Assembly (NCBI GenBank): GCA_963842525.1
Contig: CAWJGT010000009.1
Location: 32,001-96,000, forward strand
DNA from: an uncultured Holophagales bacterium
GTDB lineage: Bacteria; Acidobacteriota; Thermoanaerobaculia; Multivoradales; UBA5704
DNA: 64,000 nucleotides
Direction: 5' to 3'
The translations under genes were made by a program, and so were the position numbers. How positions within the stretch are numbered: the stretch's first letter is position 1; each line of letters starts with the position of its first letter. The notes beneath the pieces are model-generated. The model made no database searches. It saw only the letters and a list, made by a program, of their open reading frames with translations, and was not told where the DNA came from. This document shows positions 61,877 through 64,000 of this stretch, piece by piece.

Positions 61877-64000
61877 TCACCGCCAATCGTGGCTCGGCAC
61901 CGCCGCCACTCTCTTCAGGGACCAGAACCTCTCCCCCTTGACCGAGATCGTGCCGTCCCGCTTCTGGAGGGTGCCTTCGACGACGAGGCCGGGGGAGCCG
62001 ACGATCAGCTTGCGGTGTTTCTGGAGGAGGTCGGGAGAGACGACGGCCTGCGACATGCCGGTCTCGTCTTCCAGAGTGATGAAGAGGAGGCCCTTGGCGG
62101 TGCCGGGACGCTGCCTCACGATCACCGAGCCGGCGGTGCGGACGCGCTGGCCGTCCCGCAGCTTGTCGAGGCCGGCGGCGGTGGTGACTCCCTTCTCCTG
62201 GAGCTGGTCGCGGAAATAGACAAGGGGGTGCGGGCCCAGGGTGAGCTGGATGCCCGCGTAGTCGGCCTGGGTCTCTTCGACCGCGGTCATCTCCGGGAGC
62301 GGTGAGGGCTCCGGGTCTTCCAGATGGTCGAGGAGCGGCCCGGCGGGACGGGCGCTCCGCGCCACCTGCCAGAGGGCGGCGCGGCGGGTCAGGCCGAAGG
62401 AGGCGAGGGCCCCGATCTCGGCCAGGGTGGCGATCTCGTTGGAGTTGAGACGGCAGCGTTCAATCAGGTCGTCCACGCTCTGGAAAGACTGGCGCTTTCT
62501 CTCTTGCTCGATGGTCTTTCCCATCTTGTCGCGCAGGCCGCGTACGAAACGGAAGCCGAGGCAGAGGGCCCCCACCGGCGGCACCTCGCCGGTCCGCCGG
62601 TCCCGCTCGCCTTCACGGATGTCCCGGTCCTCCCAATGGCAGCGGTATCCCGAGACCTGGACGTCCACCGGCCGGATCTCGACGCCGCGGCGCTGCGCAT
62701 CCTTGACCAGGGTGGCCGGATGGTAGAAGCCCATGGGCCAGGCATTCAGGAGCCCCAGGAAGAAGGCCGTGGGATGGTGGGCCTTCAGGTAGGCGCTGGC
62801 ATAGGCGATCAGGGCGAAGCTCGCGGCGTGCGACTCCGGGAAGCCGTAGAGGGCGAAGGAGGTGATGGACTGGACGATCTCGTCCTGCGCCTTGCCCACG
62901 ATCCCCTTTTCGCTCATCCCCCGGCGGAGCTTCTCCACGATCGCGTTCATCCGCTCCACCGATCGTTTGGAGCCCATGGCCCGCCGCAGCTCCTCGGCCT
63001 CGCCGCCGGTGAAGCCGGCTGCCACCATGGCCACCCGCAGGAGCTGCTCCTGGAAGATCGGCACGCCCAGGGTGCGCTTGAGGATCGGTTCCAGGCTCGG
63101 GTGCGCGTAGATCACCGGCTGGCGGCCGTTGCGCCGTTCGAAGTAGGGGCTCGCCATCTTGCCCGCGATCGGACCGGGCCGGATGATCCCTACCTGGATC
63201 ACCAGGTCGTAGAACTTTTCCGGATGGTTGCGCGGCAGCGACGCCATCTGCGCCCGGCTCTCCACCTGGAAGACGCCCACGGTGTCCGCCGCCCGCAGCA
63301 TCCGGTAGACCTTGGGATCGTCCGGCGGCAAGTGAGAGAGGTCGACGTTCACGTTTTCGTGCAGGCGGATGGTCGGCACCATCTCCTCCAGGGCGTTGAG
63401 CATCCCCAGACCCAGGAGGTCGACCTTGATGATGCCCAGGTCGGCGCAGTCGTCTTTATCCCACTGGACGACGACCCGGCCGGGCATGGAGGCGGGCTCC
63501 AGGGGGACGACCTCGTCCAGGCGGCCGGCGGCGATGACCATGCCCCCGGAGTGCTGGCCGAGATGGCGGGGGAGGTTGTGGATGCGCACCCACTGGTCGC
63601 GGAAGAGCTGGATGCGCGGCTCCTCGGGATCGAAGCCGGCGGCGGTCATCTCGTTGTCGAACGACTTCGGATCGCCGCTCGCCACGTCGTAGGTCCAGCT
63701 CCCGAGCTGCTTGGCGAGCCGGTCCACCTGCTCGGGGGAGTAGCCGAAGACCTTGGCCACCTCGCGCGTGGACGACTTGTCGCGATACGTGATGACGTTG
63801 GCAGTCATGGCCGCGCCGCGCGGGCCGTAGCGCTGGTAGACGTACTGGATGACTTTTTCGCGCTGCGTGCCCGATGGCAGGTCGAGATCGATGTCCGGCC
63901 ACTCGCCGCGCTCTTCGGAAAGAAACCTTTCGAAGAGCAGCTCCATCTTGACCGGGTCGACCGCGGTGATCGAGAGGGCATAGCAGACCGCGCTGTTGGC
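61877..64000 (-). CDS. dnaE2: Error-prone DNA polymerase DnaE2, 3' part
   Basis: LLFERFLS.ER.EWPDIDLD, PRHLGQHSGG, QWDKDD, FQVESRAQM, YGFPESHAASFA, RQRPGTAKG. Confidence 0.95.
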   Translation of the reverse strand, partial: ANSAVCYALSITAVDPVKMELLFERFLSEERGEWPDIDLDLPSGTQREKVIQYVYQRYGPRGAAMTANVITYRDKSSTREVAKVFGYSPEQVDRLAKQLGSWTYDVASGDPKSFDNEMTAAGFDPEEPRIQLFRDQWVRIHNLPRHLGQHSGGMVIAAGRLDEVVPLEPASMPGRVVVQWDKDDCADLGIIKVDLLGLGMLNALEEMVPTIRLHENVNVDLSHLPPDDPKVYRMLRAADTVGVFQVESRAQMASLPRNHPEKFYDLVIQVGIIRPGPIAGKMASPYFERRNGRQPVIYAHPSLEPILKRTLGVPIFQEQLLRVAMVAAGFTGGEAEELRRAMGSKRSVERMNAIVEKLRRGMSEKGIVGKAQDEIVQSITSFALYGFPESHAASFALIAYASAYLKAHHPTAFFLGLLNAWPMGFYHPATLVKDAQRRGVEIRPVDVQVSGYRCHWEDRDIREGERDRRTGEVPPVGALCLGFRFVRGLRDKMGKTIEQERKRQSFQSVDDLIERCRLNSNEIATLAEIGALASFGLTRRAALWQVARSARPAGPLLDHLEDPEPSPLPEMTAVEETQADYAGIQLTLGPHPLVYFRDQLQEKGVTTAAGLDKLRDGQRVRTAGSVIVRQRPGTAKGLLFITLEDETGMSQAVVSPDLLQKHRKLIVGSPGLVVEGTLQKRDGTISVKGERFWSLKRVAAVPSHDWR

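Overview
High-GC (roughly 65-70% by eye) bacterial DNA. Gene content and intergenic motifs suggest Acidobacteriota, possibly Thermoanaerobaculia (inference). About 16 single-base frameshifts split otherwise intact genes, most likely long-read consensus errors. In order the window holds: a TIR-NB-ARC-TPR (NLR-like) gene; a ~7 kb mostly non-coding region with Xer/dif-like palindromes and eight copies of a covarying ~65-nt hairpin, set as two inverted arrays around an Rpn-like gene and a Phd-VapC toxin-antitoxin pair; an amidohydrolase; an MBL-hydrolase plus CHAT-protease pair; an RDD/SpoIIM/DUF4129/DUF4350/MoxR/DUF58 operon; and purine-catabolism genes (allB, alc, uraD, uraH, pucL, plus xdh subunits and a CitE-like gene). 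The purine genes are split by an ~8.4 kb accessory patch. That patch carries toxin-antitoxin remnants, an IS110/IS1111 element inserted into a REP-like hairpin with a candidate bridge/seekRNA, and an unannotated double-glycine peptide next to a SunS-like glycosyltransferase. The rest is a FadL-like porin plus giant DUF11 protein locus, a 10-gene operon led by a 77-aa peptide ending in EAVAW with TPR proteins and tailoring enzymes, htpX, and a partial dnaE2. Best candidates for undescribed systems: the EAVAW-peptide operon, the covarying hairpin arrays, and the Cys-free glycocin-like pair.
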